From Paraspadella gotoi (Eukaryota; Animalia; Chaetognatha), in NCBI GenBank assembly GCA_051294375.1, contig CM119266.1, forward strand, positions 12,973,797-13,037,796: DNA of 64,000 nucleotides, given 5' to 3'. The notes below the pieces were generated by a model that made no database searches, was not told the DNA's origin, and saw only the letters and a list, made by a program, of their open reading frames with translations. Positions 1 through 13,740 of this stretch are shown here, in pieces; positions within the stretch are counted from its first letter, which is position 1, and every line of letters begins with the position of its first letter. Both the position numbers and the translations under genes were made by a program.

Positions 1-3000
1 AGATATGAACTTAAAAAAAAACAGGAAAACGATTTTTTCCAAATGTAAAAAGAATAAAACTTAAAAAAAAAGGCAAACGTTTTTTTCCAATGTAATAGTA
101 AAAACACCGATAAACGATTTTTTAAATAAATAATAAAAAAGCGTTTATCTACAGACGCAGACACGATAAAAAGAGATAAAAATGTTCTAAAAATCACCGG
201 TAAAACGATATTTTAAAGAAAAAAGAGAATAATAAACGTAAAAATACTTCTGCATAACAATCATCGAGGTGTTAAAATTGGGTGAGGACAGTTTATTAAA
301 ATTTTTTTCAAAAACAAAACAAAATTTCCTTCTTATCTTTTATTTCTCCTCTCTCTCCTTTCTTCTTTAATTTTTAATGAGCTTTCTCTCACTCTCAATA
401 GATAAAAACGTTAAAATAACAGAAAACGACGACTTTTATCTGGTAAAAATATATGAAAACTTAAAAATAACAGAAACAATTTTTTCCAATGTAATAAGAA
501 ATTAAAACTTAAAAAAAAAAAAACGCAAACGTTTTTTCCAATGTATAAGAGTTAAAACACGCGAAACGATTTTTCTTATAAGTAAAAGTAAAAAAACGTT
601 AAATACACCGGCGACGATATTTCCAAAGAGATAACTACTTAAAAACAAAGAAAAACGCTTTTTCCAATGTAAAAGAGAATAAAAAATTTCTAAAAAACCG
701 GAAAACGATATTTAAAGAAAGAATAAAAACGTTACAAATACTTCTGCAATCACATCATCGAGGTTGTAAAATTGGGTGAGGACAGTTATTAAATATCTTT
801 TTATAAAAACAAAAAATTTTATCTTTCCTTCACCTCTCTTTTTATTTTTATGTCTCTTCTTCTCCTCTTTTCTCTTAATTTTTATGTAGCTTATCTCACA
901 ATCTCAAATAGATAAAAACGTTAATAACACCAAGAAACGACTTTTTTTCTGTAAAAAGAATATGAAAACTTTAAAAAAAACAGAGACGAATTTTTTCCAA
1001 TGTAAGAAATAAAAACTTAAGAAAAAACGGCAAACGTTTTTTTTCAACAATGTAAAAATAGTTAAAAAACAACCGATAACGACTTTCTAAAGTAAAAGTT
1101 ATAACGTTTAATACCATACCTGCAGACGATATTCCAAAGAATAGACAACTTAACAACAAAGAAAAACGCTTTTTCCAATGTAAATAGACAGATATGAATA
1201 ATATTCTAAACGCAGACATGTTAACGAACATCCCGGAAAACGGATATTTTCAAAGAAAAACAGAAAATAAAAACGTTAAATACTTCTGCAAATAACATCA
1301 TGAGGTTGTTAAAATTGGTGAGGAACAGTATTAAATATCTGTTTTATCAAGAACAAACAAATTTCCTCTCGCTTTTATTTTATTTCTCTTCTCTTCTCTC
1401 TTTCTTCTTTAATTTTTGTAGCTTATATCTCTCACTCTCATAGATAAAACGTTAATAACCAGAAAACAGACTTCTTTCCTCTGTAAAAGATATGAAAACT
1501 TTAAAATAACAGAAAAGATTTTTTCGCAATGTAAAAAGGAAATAAAAACTAAAAAAAAACGGCAACGTTTTTTTCCAATGTAGAAAGAGTTAAAAAATCA
1601 ACCGATAAACGGACTTTTCTAAAAGTCAAAAGTAATAAAACAGTTAAATACACCGGCAGACGAATTTTCCCAAAGAGATAACCAACTTTAAGAATAACGC
1701 AAAAAAAAACGCTTTTTTTCCAATGTAAATTAAGCAGAGTAAAAATTTCTAAACCCGGAAAACGATATTTTCAAGAAAAAGATAAAAACGTTAAATAACT
1801 TTCTGGCAAATAACATCATCGAGTTGTTTAAAATTGGGTGAGCTGAGAGTTATTCTATCTTTTATCAAACACAAAAAAATTTCTCCTCTTTTACTTTTTA
1901 TAGGTTCTTCTCTCTCGTCTTCTTTAAATTTTATGTAGCTTTCCTTCATTCTCAATAGATAAAACCGTTAAATACACCAGATAAGACTTTTTCTCTGTAA
2001 ATATATGAAAACTTTAAAAATAACAAGAAAACAATTTTTTCTAATGTAAAAAGAAAATAAAAACTTTAAAAAAAACGGCAAACGTTTTTCGCAATGTAAA
2101 TAGAGTTACACCGATAAACGACTTTTTATCTAAAGTAAACAGTAATAAATACGTAAAATACACGGCAGACGATATTTCCAAAGAGATAAACAATTTAAAA
2201 AACAAAAAAAACGGCTTTTTTTCCAATGTCAAAGAGATTAAATTTCTAAAACACCGGAAAAACGATATATTTCAAGAAAAAAGAATAAAAACGTTAATTT
2301 TCTGCAATAACATCATCGGGGTTGTTAAAATTAGTTTGAGGACAGTCTATTAAATATCTTTTTTAATCAAAACAAAAAAATTCCTCCTTTATTTTTAGGT
2401 CTCTTCTCTCATCACTTTTCTTCTTTAATTTTATGTAAGCTTTTCTCATTCACTCTCAATAGATAAGACACGTTAAATACACCAGAAAACGACTTTTTCT
2501 CTGTAAAATATATGAACTTTAAACAATAACGAACAACAATTTTTTCGGCATGTAAAAAGAAATAAACTTTAAAAAAAAACGGCAAACGTTTTTTCCAATG
2601 TACAAAAGAGTTAATAAACACCGATAATACGACACTTTTCGAAGTAAAAGTAATAAAACGTTAAAATACAAACCGGCATGACGCGATATTCCAAAGAGAT
2701 AACAACTTTAAAAACAAAAAAAACGCTTTTTTCAATGTTTAAAAGAGATAAAAAATTTCTAAAACCCGGAACATATTTTTAAAGAAAAAAGAAATAAATA
2801 ACGTTAAATACTTCTGCAAATAACCATCATGCGAGGTTGTTTAAAATTTGGTGTGGACATTATTAAATATCTTTTTATCAAAAACAATTCCTCTCTTTTA
2901 TTTTTATGTCTCCTTCTCTTCTCTTTTCTTTAATTCTTATATAGCTCTCACTCTCTCTCAATAGATAAACGTTAAAATACACCGAGAAAACGAACTTTTT

Positions 3001-4000
3001 CTCTGTAAAAGATATGAAAACTTTAAAATTAACAGAAATACGATTTTTTCGCAATGTAAAGAAATAAAAACTTAAAACACAAAAACGGCAAAACGTTTTT
3101 TTCCAATGTAAAGAAGAGTTTACAAAACACCGATAAACGACTTTTTTCTAAAGTAGAACAGTAATAAAACGTTAAATACAAATGATCCGGCAAGAACGGA
3201 TATTTCCCAAAGAGATAACAACTTTAAAACAAAAAAAACGCTTTTTTCCAATGTAAAAAAGAAATAAAAATTCCTAAACAACGGAACGATATTTTCCAAA
3301 GAAAAAAAGAAAAAAAACGTTAAATTTACTTTGCCAAATAACATCATCGAGTTGTTAAATGTGGGTGAGGATAGTTATTAAATATCGTTTTTTAATACGT
3401 TTTATCAAAACAAACAATTTCCTCCCTTTTATTTCATGTCTCCTTATCTCTCTCTCTTTCTCTTTAATTTTTATGTAGCTTCTCTCACTCTCATTAGATA
3501 AAAACGTTAAAATCACCAGAAAACGACTTTTTTCCTCTGTAGAAGATATGAAATTTTAAAAATAACAGAAAAACGATTTTTCCAATGTAAAAAGAAATAA
3601 AAACTTAAAAAAAAGGCAAACTTTTTTCCAACTGTAAAGAGTTAAAAAGATCACCGATAAACGACTTTTCTAAAGTAACAATAGCTGATAAAAAACGTTA
3701 AATACATAACCGGCAGACGATATTTATCCAAGAGAATAACAAACTTTAAAAAAAAAAAACGCTTTTTCAATGTAAAAAGGATAAAAAATTTCTAAAACAC
3801 CGAAAACGATATTTTCAAAGCAAAAAAGAAATAAAAACGTTAAATACTTCTGCAATAACATCATCGATCTCTGAGTTGTTAAAAAAATTGGGTGAGACAG
3901 TTTATTAACATCTTTTATCAACATAAAAAATTTCTATCTTTTTTCTCTTCTATATGTCTCCTCTTCCTTCTCTCTCTCTCCTCTTAATTTTATGCTATGC
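1..4000. repeat. Tandem satellite array, ~515-bp unit, about 8 copies
   Basis: Landmark CATCGAGGTTGTTAAAATTGGGTGAG recurs at ~262, 756, 1298, 1817, 2314, 2828, 3345 and 3862. Copies differ mostly by small indels. Confidence 0.95.
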
Positions 4001-6800
4001 TCTTTCTCTTCTTCTACTCAACTCAGTAATACCGTGTAGATTCTATCACAGATAGCGTAACTTTTCTACTTGCTGAGTGCAGTTGATAGTGTAAAATAAT
4101 ATATTCAGCAGATGAACCTAACTGTTTCCTGCTAAGAGTAGTCAAGAAGAGAATAGAACGTTTTCATAAAGGAATAATCGCGCACACTTGTTGTTCTTCC
4201 AATTGGTGAGAGGGAACGACGTTAGAAGGAGAAACTCTGCGAGATGATGCGGAGTGTTGCTAGATAGTGAGTAAGTGGAATATAAGAGTGTTGTGAATCG
4301 ATGGCATGAGGGGGACTGGAATGATGTATGCCAGGAGATAAGGATGGAAATCTGTTAGATAATATAGCATAAGAAAAACGGACTTTCGTTTCTGCTCCAA
4401 TCAGTAATAATATGAGAGAGATGAGAGAACTGGAAAATGTATATATAAAACCTACCGAGAAGACAAATGGCGTATATTTTTTATTACGCAATCAAAGGAA
4501 GAATCCAGACGATTTTATAATATGTTCATGTCAGGCACAGAAGTATAGTATCGTATCGGTATGGTTTTAATAAATTGGTGGTGTGACATAAGTTTATTTA
4601 TTTATATAAATATCATTTATTTATCAAAACAATATTATATCATATATATATTATTTATTACCAGTCTATGTTTATAGGTAGTTATGTCGCTGCTTAGTCT
4701 CTTTTCTCTTTTTTTTTCTAACAGTATTGATATTATTGGATGATTTCGTTTCGATAATCATTTTAGAAAATATCAGTTAGCCTTTTCTCGTCTGATAGCT
4801 AGTTGAGCCGTTCTTTTTTACTAAGTTAATTGTGTATTAAAGCCAGGGGGTGTAAAATTAGCACGCCTAGACAGATAAAATATCGGGGATTATTCTTTCG
4901 AATAGTGAGATAATAGTATATTGATAATAGTAACAATATAAGAGAACACAAGACAGTTAAGCATGGTTTTTTCTACATGTTCACATAAGAGTTAAGAGAC
5001 AGAGCGACTTGATTATAGATAACGACTTCATATAGTCGAAAAGTATAAAACTTTTAATACTATTCGGAATGGCATGAAAATTAATGTTGGTATACGTCAG
5101 AGAACAAACATACTTTAATAGCACGAAAAAATAACAACGGCTTTTACCCAAATGTAATTCACGATATGAACAGACACACGATCACTTCTATAAGAAGGCC
5201 GCCGAGAGTAATAACGATATTAAAGAATAAAAGAGATAAAACGGTCTGAGTTCTTACATGAAATAACATCATCGAGGTTGTTAAGTAAATTAGCAGAGAT
5301 GTAAGATACATGTTATTAATTAGTACTCTACTTTTATATATCATTTTTATATATCAACAGAACGAAGATTATCTCTACGCTATTTAGTATGTCAATAGTG
5401 TATCCAAACTTACAGTGCATGCTCTATTATCTCGTTTATAGATGTTATCATGGTATAGTCATCTGTTCATCAATACCATAGGATTACAATCTAACACAAA
5501 CGGGTATTAAAGTACATGTAAGATATACGACACTTGTACTGTACTGATATAATATATATGGAAAGAAAACGGTAGTTTGATATTCAAGGAGGAAAACAGT
5601 TTGTCATTCACTCCATAGAAGAATAAAACTTAATCAAAACAGACAGGAGGCTGGACGTTGTGTTTGCCATAGTAAAAGTAGAGAGGGTCATTTATAATAT
5701 AAGAGCGCACTAGTTCCCACACCCACCGATTTCTAAAGTAAAAACGGATAAAAACGGTTAATACCACGGCTATGATTCAATTAATTTCCAAAATAAGAGA
5801 GACCTGTATTATAGAGCCAGAAAGTGGTGTATTTGTCAGAATGCCAGATAAAGCACTAATAGAATTGTGAAACAAGTCCGGACCTACTAGTATCTTGATC
5901 AGATTACAGCAGGAATATAAACGTGTCAATATCTCAGTTCTCTTGCTCAGACATACTGGAGGAAGTGTTAAGAAGTAGTGCGGTAGTAGGAGCTGTATAT
6001 AAGAGTAATATGTTATGACTAGAGAGATTCTACCTTCTGTTATTATGTATGTGTTCACTTTCTCGGATGAATTACGTATCCGATTTGTATCGTCTTTATG
6101 TCTATGGTAGCGTTTCTGTCCACTATCATAGAATGATAGAAACAACGATTATAATAGTCGAGCATCAGAAATCTTTCTCATGGGTAAAATTAGTTGTATT
6201 ATGTCCACAGAAGAAGGATAACACGAGAATGTTGTTCTGTAGCTGGTGAGAAGCACAGGTAAAAACTTTGTAGGAGAGAAAAGAGAGGCACGATCTTCAG
6301 GTATTTATGGATATTAATGTAAGAGATAGTTTCACAGCCGATAAGGCAGCGGATACGAGTTTTCTAGTAAAAAGTGTCACCGTTAAATCACGTTAAAAGA
6401 GCGGTGGTAGGTAATAGATCTACAGAGGAATTTATGCATGAGAGATACAGAATGACCGTGTCGCCTAGGTGGAGAGAGGGGTCAGGAGCTGTGAGGGGAG
6501 TGGCAGTTCACGCATTCTTCGGAGAGCGATTGAAATAAAGTTTTAGATTTATTATGTATATGAAGATAGAAGATAGAAAGTTGTGGAGTTAGTAGAGTAT
6601 GTATGTAGGAAGACCGAGAGTATAGAGTATGATGTATGGGCACAGAGGATTGCCGTCGAGACTTGAGTAGGTTATTTATTACTTGTCTCTATCAGTCTAT
6701 ATGGTGGTTATTCTTTCTCTGGATTGATTTGTAAGATTTGATATTTTTCTTGATTCACACGGAAGTCGTTGCAGTGAATCTGTGGAAAGAAGTGAGAATC
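4001..6800. repeat. Heavily degraded continuation of the ~515-bp satellite (probably a low-quality read segment)
   Basis: Unit remnants are embedded in near-random sequence, e.g. AATAACATCATCGAGGTTGTTAAG at ~5262 and TTCTAAAGTAAAAACGGATAAAAACGGTTAATACCACGGC at ~5731. Confidence 0.6.
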
Positions 6801-6814
6801 GTCGAAGACGGCTA

Positions 6815-7090
6815 AGGGGGGAAGAAGAGGGGGGAAGTGGAATGGGAGGGGGAAAGGAGAGGGAAAGTGGAATGGTAGGGGGAAAGGAAGAGGGGGAAGT
6901 GGAAGGGGAAGGGGAAAGGAAGAGGGGAAGTGGACAGGGGAGAGGGAAAGGAAGAGGGGGAAGTGGAGGAGATGGGGAAAGGAAGAGGGGAAGTAGAAAG
7001 GGAAGGGAAGGAAAGGGGAAGTGGGAAGGAGGAGTGGGGAAAGGAAGTGGGGTAAAGTGGAAAGGGAGGGGAAAGGAAGAATGGGAGGTG
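6815..7090 (+). repeat. G-rich minisatellite (~30-bp unit GGGGAAAGGAAGAGGGGGAAGTGGA), G-quadruplex-capable
   Basis: Repeated G3-G5 runs. A copy lies at 21123-21378. Confidence 0.85.
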
Positions 7091-7484
7091 GAAGTTGAGA
7101 GTATTAGATGAAGCGATAGAGTAAAGAACTGAAAAACGGAGGAAGAAGAAGATTATAAGAAGTTTAAAAAAAGAGGAAAGGAGGGAGCGACCAAAAGGGA
7201 TTAAGCGAAGGAGACTGGATTTTGAGAATTCACTTAATAAATAATTATATTGTTTTTCTGTCGACAGATAATTTAACGAGGGCTCGTTCTAAGACTAAAG
7301 TTTTATCAAATATATTTTGGCTCGACTTGAATTATCTCCGTAAAATCAATTTTTTTTCTCTTTTATGTCGTTTGTTTATAAAACACGTAGATTCGTCTCT
7401 CAAATGTTTTATTCCATCCCATAAAAAAAAAAACAACAAATAATTTGCCTTGTGCAAAAAAAATCATAGACGAAAAAAGGGAAG

Positions 7485-7734
7485 GCGTTTCCGCCTGGGC
7501 ATTTCCGCCTGCACTCGGCTACGCGGTCCCATCGCCCGCCACCGGCGCCGCCTTTCGGCCTCAAAGACGCCGGTTCACGCGGCCGCGGCGGCCAAGCCTC
7601 TTTCGGCGAGTGCTCGCCGGCCCCGCCAATTCGGGCGCGCCACTCCAGCCGCCACCATCGTGCCAACCAATTCACGCCGGAAAATGCGGAGGCGTGGGCG
7701 GAGCGAGGAGGGCCACGCCCACTCGCGGAGGGAG
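7485..7734 (+). CDS. Putative internal exon of an unidentified protein (inverted copy ~13076-13316, minus)
   Basis: GC-rich island bounded by AG (7483-7484) and GAG|GTAGGG (7735). The consensus of both arms gives ~80 open codons: VSAWHSAWHSARGPIAATGAAFRPQSTPVTRPRRQASFGECSAGPATRARHSSATIVNQFTPENAEAWRSEEGHAHSRRE. Confidence 0.5.
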
Positions 7735-9199
7735 GTAGGGGACAATGAGGAAATATGCGGGCAGATGGTCGCGTTTGCCCTCTCTCCCTCTCTTCTCTCT
7801 CCTCCTCTCTCTCCTCTCTCATCTCTCTCTTTCTCTCCTCCTCCTCTCTCTCTCTCTCTCTCTCTCTCCTCTCTTCTCTTTCACTCTCTCACGCTCATTT
7901 GCAGTTAACGAGAATGCCTCTCATCCTCCTCCTTTTAGACTTTTGAGGGTTGAATTGCATCGAATACGGAATGATTTATTTGAGCACGGTTTTTGGCTGA
8001 TCTGATATTATGATATTTCACTATTATTAGGGGTGATTTATAACTTCCATTTTTAAATTGCCGTAATTATACTGTCAATACTATTTCAAAACATTTCTTA
8101 TTATTTTAAAAAGTAAACTTTCACACATTTGCAATTTTTTTTTTTATTTAGTTGGGTTAAATATAAAGTTTTCAAAATTTACAAGTTATGGTAAATAAAA
8201 TGGTTCTTCCACCTTGCGCTGAAGAAATTTCACAACAGGGAGGAGATTTTTCCACTTCCTACATCTTTGACAGACCAAATTGTAATTTCTTCAATATGCA
8301 ATGTCGCTATGGCTTTAATGCGACACATGCTTAAAACGACGCGACCTAAAAAAAAAATCTCGGGCATATTTCTCTGGAAGACTTAAACCTTTCCAACGCC
8401 GAGCTTTCCTTGCTTTGTTTGGTAATAAAGAATTAATGGTTCGAATAAAAAATTAACCGCAAAGAAAGCTTGGAAACGCGGATCGTAGCCTTCGTTCTTA
8501 AAACCAAAACAAAAATAGCGTTAAAATTGAATCTGTTGAGCTAATGTCTTAAGTAACTATCTATAGTTTGCATATGAAGATTCATATTGATAGAAAAGTA
8601 GTGTTGTCAATTGCTGCAGCAACAGCAGTTGGACAGACGAAGCACGAAGACTTCGACAGCGATCGAACACCGAACGACGATCCACGACACCGAAGGAACG
8701 GAAAAACAAGCGTGAAGGCAGAACGTGCGAGAAAAAAAGTAGGCGTGGTCACCACGAACGAGGACCGAGGCCTGACCTTGAGTTCGTCGCAGTGGTGGCG
8801 AAGGAGGCAGATGTTTAATTTTGGAAAGGGTTTTTAGGAAAGTGGCAACGTTGAAGCGTACTAAGATCTCCTCGTGTTATAGAGAGACCGCGTCGCACCG
8901 AAGGCAGAGAAAAAAAAAAGCTGGGCCGAACGGAAATGAAAGTCTTAGTGGGACGTGGTCGGAAAAGGGCAAAACTCGGATTCGAAGGGGGGAAAAAAAA
9001 ACAAACAATAAATTCGGAGGCCGGAAATAAATGAGAGGAAAGAGGAGGGGGGTAAATTCGAAATTAAACATGAAAAAGCGTAGAGAAGGAAAGACGAAAT
9101 GTTTAAAAAAGATTTTTGGGCTGAAAGCCTGCTGCCGGGCGAGATACCGATTGTTTTGATCTGAGAAAAAAAAAATGTCAATGCGATGATAAAGAATAA

Positions 9200-9357
9200 A
9201 TTATCGATTTGGTGTTCGCCGGACTGGAGTGGCGTTGCGCCACCCTACCAAAGCCCGCCTGCCCCGCACCGTGCGCTTTCAACGGGCGCCGTCTAAACAG
9301 TACTCGGCCAATACACGAGTCGAGAGTGAAGATGGAGTGACGTGACGTGAAAGAAAG
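9200..9357 (+). CDS. Possible exon of the same unidentified gene (inverted copy ~11456-11612)
   Basis: GC-rich block ending in AAAG|GTAATT. One frame of the second copy reads IDLVSPDWMAVAATPTKPVLPPPCRFSRAPLTYSAINESRVRWS. Frame is uncertain because of indels. Confidence 0.3.
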
Positions 9358-9712
9358 GTAATTAAGGATGGAGTGAGGAGACGGGAAAGGGGAGCGCGAT
9401 ACAAAAAAAAGGTATTGCCGCTGGCTTAATACCCTCCCCCAGCCCAAAAAGCAAACCCCATCATATTTCACACCCCGGCGAACTGCGATTCTTGCCTGGC
9501 GAACCTCGTCAACCCCGCGGACAGGAAAGAGGGGGGGAGAGGGGGGGTGAGAGAGGACAGGAGGAGGTACGAGGATATGGGGCTTTGGAGACTGTAGCGC
9601 GGTGGACCCCGGAGATAGCCGAAACAAGGGTCGCTATTACGGAGCAGAGTGAAAGAGACTTTGATGGATTGAAAACGCTAACGCGAGGGCAACGAAAGAG
9701 AAGAGGGAGAGA

Positions 9713-9747
<35 letters not shown>

Positions 9748-9755
9748 AGAGAGAA

Positions 9756-9798
<43 letters not shown>

Positions 9799-11013
9799 AG
9801 AGAGAGAGAGAGAGAGAGAGAGACACGCGGGCGTTGACTCAAACGTGGCCAGTTGACAGCACCGCCGAGTGCCAGCATTAAAAGAGAGAAGAAAGTCGAT
9901 TATTTGTTTCCTTTTTTACGTTTAGTAATAAAAATATTTTTTTTTGAATAAATAATAATATTTTTTCCAACGGTCAGACGATGTCTAGACGAGAGGTTCA
10001 TGTTTACCTCTTTATTTTCACTTTGAATAGTTTGTGTTGTTTGTTTTTTATTATTAAATTTTATGGCAATCTTGTTATATTAATAATGTTTAACGTTGCA
10101 AAAACGGAGTCGCGGCGTTATTCCGCCTCAAGAACAAATGTGGAAGGCATAACCACTATGAACGACAGTCCACCGCTGTGACGAAACTGTGTCTTCAATC
10201 AACCTTGTCTTATCTTCGCGTCTCGATTAAAATCAGACATTTTATCGGATTTGCACGAGACGGAAAGTCAACACGCAAAAAAAAAAATCGAGGAGGTTTC
10301 AGACTCCCCACATTGGATTCTTTTTTCGCTTGGGGGGGGGGAACGGAGAGGGGGTGCACGAGGTTCCCGTTTTATCGAGCAGAAACTTTGGCCTCCTACC
10401 GCTTTCTAACCCCTCTCCCCTTTTTCTCCCCTTCTTCAGCGCCAGGGTCGCCAACGGCTGATCGTGGTCTAGCCTTCGCCAATAGATATTCCGCGACTCG
10501 CTTCCAGCCGCCTTCCCGCCTCCGCGCCTCCGATTTTTTTTTTGGCGGTTGACTCTCCGTCTCGTGCAAATCCGATAAAATGTCGATTTTAAATCGAGAC
10601 CGAAGATAGAAAGTTGATGAAGACAGTTTCGTCACAGCGTTAGTGGACTGTCTGTTGCACTGCGTCGGCACGTCGCATTGCTTTTTTCACTACTATTCAG
10701 TATTCATTGAGGCGGAATAACGCGACTCCGTTTTGCAACGTTAAACATTTTAATTACAGTTGCCATAAAATTTAATTAAAAAAAAAAAACACAAACTATC
10801 AAAGTGAAAATAAAGAGGTAAACATGAACGCTCTCGTCTAGACATCGTCTGACCGTGAAAAATATTATTTTATTCAAAAAAAAATATTTTATTACTAAAC
10901 GTAAAAGAAGGAAATATCGACTTTCTTCTCTCTTTTATCTGGACTCGCGCGTGCGTCAACGGCCACGTTTGAGTCAACCGCCCGCGTGTCTCTCTCTCTC
11001 TCTCTCTCTCTCT

Positions 11014-11056
<43 letters not shown>

Positions 11057-11064
11057 TTCTCTCT

Positions 11065-11099
<35 letters not shown>

Positions 11100-12922
11100 T
11101 CTCTCCCTCTTCTCTTTCGTTGCCCTCGCGTTAGCGTTTTCAATCCATCAAAGTCTCTTTCACTCTGCTCCGTAATAGCGACCCTTGTTTCGGCTATCTC
11201 CGGGGTCCACCGCGCTACAGTCTCCAAAGCCCCATATCCTCGTACCTCCTCCTGTCCTCTCTCACCCCCCCTCTCCCCCCCTCTTTCCTGTCCGCGGGGT
11301 TGACGAGGTTCGCCAGGCAAGAATCGCAGTTCGCCGGGGTGTGAAATATGATGGGGTTTGCTTTTTGGGCTGGGGGAGGGTATTAAGCCAGCGGCCAATA
11401 CCTTTTTTTTGTATCGCGCTCCCCTTTCCCGTCTCCTCACTCCATCCTTAATTACCTTTCTTTTCACGTCACTCACTCCATCTCACTCTCGACTCGTTGA
11501 TTGCCGAGTACGTTAGAGGCGCCCGTGAAAAGCGGCACGGTGGGGGCAGGACGGGCTTGGTAGGCGTGGCCGCAACGGCCATCCAGTCCGGCGAAACCAA
11601 ATCGATAATTTATCTTTATCATCGTCCATTGACATTTTTTTTTCTCGAGATCAAAACAACGTATCTCGCCCGCAGCAGCTTTCAGCCAAAAATCTTTTAA
11701 CATTATCGTCTTTCCTTCTCTACGCTTTTTCATGTTTATTTCGAATTACCCCCCCCTCTTTCTCTCATTTATTTTCCGCCTCCGAATGTTATTGTTTGTT
11801 TTTTTTCCCCTCGAATCCGAGTTTTGCCCTTCCGACCGCGCCCACTAAGACGTCATTTCCGTTCGGCCCAGGCTTTTTTTTTCTCTGCTTTGCGTGCGAC
11901 GCGGACTCTTATAACACGAGGAGATCTTAGTAACGCTCAACGTTGCCACTCCTAAAAACCCTTCCATTAAACACTGCCTCCTTCCGCCACCCACTGCGAC
12001 GAACTCAAGGTCAGCCTCGGCCTCGTTTCGCGGACCACGCCTACTTTTTTCTCGCACGTTCTGCCTTCACGCTTGTTTTCCCGCTGTTCCTTGAGTTTTC
12101 GTGATCGTCGTCGTGATCGTCGTCGTGATCGTCGTCTTCGCTGTCGTCTTCGTCTTCGTCTGTCCAACTGCTGTTGCTGCAGCAATGACAACACGACTTT
12201 CTGTCTTAATCTTCTATAACTTTTTTTCCTCTTTAAAATACGATCAAAGTTCAAACTTCCAAGATTCTCAACAGATTCAATTTTAACGCTATTTTGTTTT
12301 GGTTTTAAGAACGAAGGCACGATCCGCGTTTCCAAGCTTTTTGCGGTTAATTTTTTTATTCGAACCATAATTCTTTATTACCAAACAAAGCAAGGAAAGC
12401 TCGGCGTCGGAAGGTTTAAGTCGTTCGAGAGAAATATGCGATTTTTTTTTAGTCGCGTCGTTTAAGCATTGTCGCATTAAAGCCATAAGCTCATTGCATA
12501 TTGAAGAAAATACAATTTGGTCTGTCAAAGATGTAGGAAGTGAAAAATCCCCTCCCTGTGAAATTTCTCAGCGCAAGGTGAAGACCATTTTATTTACAAT
12601 ACTTGTAAATTTTGAACAACTTATATTTAAACCCAACTGAGTAAAATAAATAAAAAAATGCAAATAGAATTTACATTATTATTAAATGTGTGAAAGTTTA
12701 CTTTTTAAAATAATAAGAAATGTTTTGAAATAGTATTGACAGTATTAATTACGGCAATAAAAATGGAAGTATAAATCACCCCTAATAATAGTAATATCAT
12801 AATATCAAATCAGCAAAAACCGTGCTCAAAGAAATCATTCCGTATTCGATGCAATTCAACCCTCAAAAGTCTAAAAGGAGGAAGGATGAGAGCATTCGTT
12901 AACTGCAAATGCGTGCAAAGAG

Positions 12923-12967
<45 letters not shown>

Positions 12968-13715
12968 GAGGAGAGAAAGAGAGAGATGAGAGAGGAGAGA
13001 GAGGAGGAGAGAGAAGAGAGGGAGAGAGGGCAAACGCGACCATCGTGCCGCATATTCCTCATTCCGGTCCCCTACCTCCCTCCGCGAGTGGGCGTGGCCC
13101 TCCTCGCTCCGCCACGCCTCCGCATTTTCCGGCGTGAATTGGTTGACGATGGTGGCGCTGGAGTGGCGCGCCCGAGTGGCGGGGCCGGCGGAGCACTCGC
13201 CGAAAGAGGCTTGGCGCCGCGGCCGCGTGACCGGCGTGCTTTGAGGCCGAAAGGCGGCGCCGGTGGCGGCGATGGGACCGCGTGCCGAGTGCCAGGCGGA
13301 ATGCCAGGCGGAAACGCTTCCCTTTTTTCGTCATTGATTTTTTTTTTGCCAAAGGCAAATTAATTTGTTGTTTTTTTTTATGGGAGGAAATAAAACATTT
13401 GAGAGACGAATCAGTTTTATAAACAAACGAACTATAAAAGAGAAAAAAATTGATTTTACGAGATAATTCAAGTCGAGCCAATATATTTGATAAAACTTTC
13501 GTAGAACGAGCTCGTTAAAATTATTCTGTCGACAGAAAAAATATAATATTATTAAGTGAATTCTCAAAATCCCAGTCTCCTTCGCTTAATCCCTTTGGTC
13601 GCTCCTCCTTTCCTCTTCTTTAACTCTTATATCTTTCTTTTCTTTCCTCCGTTTTTCAGTTCTTTATCTCTATCGCTTCATCTTCTCTCAACTTCCACCT
13701 CCCATTCTTCCTTTC

Positions 13716-13740
13716 NNNNNNNNNNNNNNNNNNNNNNNNN
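13716..13740. other. 25-N assembly gap (also 26624-26648, 38825-38849, 50572-50596)
   Basis: Each counted as exactly 25 N, unlike the other, variable-length gaps. Confidence 0.95.

Larger units (their letters stand above)
7071..13715. repeat. Long inverted duplication 1: arms ~7071-10295 and ~10525-13715, centre ~10390
   Basis: GAAAGGAAGAATGGGAGGTGGAAGTTGAGAG at 7071 is the reverse complement of 13685-13715. ORFs 9509-9826(-) and 10986-11303(+) have identical translations. Confidence 0.95.
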
